NCBI GenBank assembly: GCA_963803145.1
Contig: CAWDLW010000025.1
Span: forward strand, 1 to 64,000
Source: Methanotrichaceae archaeon
GTDB lineage: Archaea; Halobacteriota; Methanosarcinia; Methanotrichales; Methanotrichaceae
DNA length: 64,000 nucleotides
Direction of reading: 5' to 3'
Both the position numbers and the translations under genes were made by a program. The notes below the pieces were generated by a model. It searched no databases and was not told the origin of the DNA. It was given only the letters and a program-made list of their open reading frames with translations. This document shows, piece by piece, positions 62,208 to 64,000 of the stretch (its first letter is position 1; each line of letters starts with the position of its first letter).

Positions 62208-63347
62208 ATGAGTTTGAACTCAAGTTATATCATCTTAGGAGCCTTTATAGGGCTTTTTGCGCTCGTAGCATTGGTAAACGGCGTACATGCCGCCGAATGC
62301 CATGATCTGATAGGCTGCGATAGCAGTAACGGTGACTGGAATGGAGCTGCAAAGCTGGATGAGATAGGGAATCCTCAGGCTCAGGCAGCTCAATCTCAGG
62401 CAACAAATGCAAAGATACCAGAGCTGTCCAGGATCAAGAGATGGAACATGTCCGGCTATGGATTCGGTGACGAGACGAATAAAACGCCGACGAATAGTGA
62501 TCCTGTGGTTGCTCAAAATACAGAAAGCACACCTACAAATGCCGCAAATGATAATGCGGTTCTACAGAGAAGTGCGCAGTCCAAGAGGATGCTTGCATCA
62601 ATAGATGATATTTCCAGTTCGGACATATTGGTAAATGTGAGCGAGAAGAGCGATAACCCCGGCGGATACGTCAGAAACATAAAAGGTTCTATAGTCCTTC
62701 CTTACACTGAGTTCGATATTGAGCCGGGAATCCCGAAGCCTCCCGCCGAAATAGCTCTAGTGTTGGGGAACGCCGGAATCTCTCGCAACGATTCTGTAGT
62801 GCTCTACGGTGAGTGTTTGCCCTGTGGAGGCGGCCCATCGCTTGCCACTTATGTCTACTGGATAATGAAGAGCATGGGGCATGAGAATGTTAAAGTGCTT
62901 GATGGAAACGTAGAGGATTGGGCTGCAGCCGGGCGCGAAACTACAAGTGAGGCTGGGATCAGGCCGGCACAGGTCTACGAACCCAAAGTCGTTCCGGACT
63001 TCAGCGCTCAATACGATTATGTAAAGAACGGCAGTGCTCAGATCGTTGATGCAAGGACCATACCGGAATACGGGATGGGCAACATACCTGGATCCATAAA
63101 TATAGACTATGACCGAGTGCTTAATAATCGCACGATAAAGAGCGATTCCGATCTGAAGAAGGTTTTTGCTATTCTGAGCAAGGGTAGGCCAGTAGTAGTT
63201 TATACAAACACCGGAGTCAAGGCATCGGTCGTCTGGTTCTCTTTAGAGATGATGGGCTATAATGCCAAGCTTTATTCCTGGCAGGACTGGCTTGCAAACC
63301 AGCCCCAGCCAGTAAAGCAGGGCAATACCACGAACGCTACAGCTTGA
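62208..63347 (+). CDS. Secreted tandem-rhodanese (sulfurtransferase-like) protein
   Basis: GISRNDSVVLYG, VKVLDG, IVDAR..EY..G.IPGS, YTNTGVKAS. Confidence 0.85.
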   Translation: MSLNSSYIILGAFIGLFALVALVNGVHAAECHDLIGCDSSNGDWNGAAKLDEIGNPQAQAAQSQATNAKIPELSRIKRWNMSGYGFGDETNKTPTNSDPVVAQNTESTPTNAANDNAVLQRSAQSKRMLASIDDISSSDILVNVSEKSDNPGGYVRNIKGSIVLPYTEFDIEPGIPKPPAEIALVLGNAGISRNDSVVLYGECLPCGGGPSLATYVYWIMKSMGHENVKVLDGNVEDWAAAGRETTSEAGIRPAQVYEPKVVPDFSAQYDYVKNGSAQIVDARTIPEYGMGNIPGSINIDYDRVLNNRTIKSDSDLKKVFAILSKGRPVVVYTNTGVKASVVWFSLEMMGYNAKLYSWQDWLANQPQPVKQGNTTNATA

Positions 63348-63350
63348 AGG

Positions 63351-64000
63351 ATGGGAGCATGGCTGAAAATAGGAACAAGACAGAAAATAGGAACACGTCT
63401 GAAAATGGGCGCACTGCCAGAAACTGGTGTATCATATTATTAATAGCAGTAATAGCTGCTGTGCTGATGCCGGTTGTGAGCGCAGATTGTCCCTCTTGCG
63501 GAGGTGGCAGCGCACAGCAGCAGGCTGCATGGGATAATGAAGCGACAAATTTCCTGGCAGGCAAAGCAGTGGAGTCTAACTCCAGCACTCCTACCGTGTA
63601 TAATGCTAAAGTCGCTAGGGAGAACAATCCAAGCCTAAAATCTTTTGGATTCAGTAGCGATAACGGGAGTGAGAACAGCAACTCTGCGAAAACTGATCCT
63701 CAGCCGGCTCCTGAGACTCAAACACCACAGACTCAGATATTGCAAACTCAAACACCACAAATTCAGACATCGCAGACTCAGATACCACAGAGGAGTGGAA
63801 GCTTTGCAAAAGCCCTTGCGCCACTGTCGGAAGTAAAAAATGCAGATGTAGTGCTTGATATCAGCCCGAACTCGACAGAATATATCGCGGGCGCGATAAA
63901 CATAAACTATGAGAACTTCTTTGGCGACGATAAGCGCGAAAAATCGGTGTCTGAGATCGCCGAGATTTTGGGAGATGCTGGAATCACCCAAAACGATTCC
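63351..64000 (+). CDS. Secreted rhodanese-like protein (partial, runs off the window)
   Basis: Signal segment, DCPSC, TQTPQ repeats, YIAGAININY...EIAEILGDAGITQNDS. Confidence 0.75.

Overview
Archaeal chromosomal window, most likely a Methanothrix/Methanotrichaceae-type methanogen (inferred from tfe, fae-hps, DUF2551, the AIR-synthase-like and FmdC-like genes, two amt-glnK operons and many secreted NosD/rhodanese paralogues). About 20-64 kb is mostly housekeeping DNA interrupted by IS elements and small accessory islets. About 3.8-19.8 kb is accessory: a 5-kb repeat mosaic, a CHAT protease next to a membrane protein, mobile-element remnants, a truncated type ISP methyltransferase and two IS630 elements. 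Three signals stand out. (1) At 4.8-8.0 kb there is an unannotated cluster of 11 hairpins in two families. Stems are conserved and co-vary, loops are variable, and many loops read as antisense to Shine-Dalgarno/start-codon regions; family A hairpins each sit behind a TATA-like box at near-fixed spacing. This is a candidate modular antisense/guide sRNA array, mixed with decayed wHTH copies, a 46-bp palindrome and micro-ORFs. (2) A secreted protein carries a domain 56/71 identical to eukaryotic ubiquitin. (3) A CHAT-STAND-TPR + Zn-ribbon + membrane-effector operon looks like an undescribed caspase-type defence system. All family calls come from motif recognition by eye; no searches were run.
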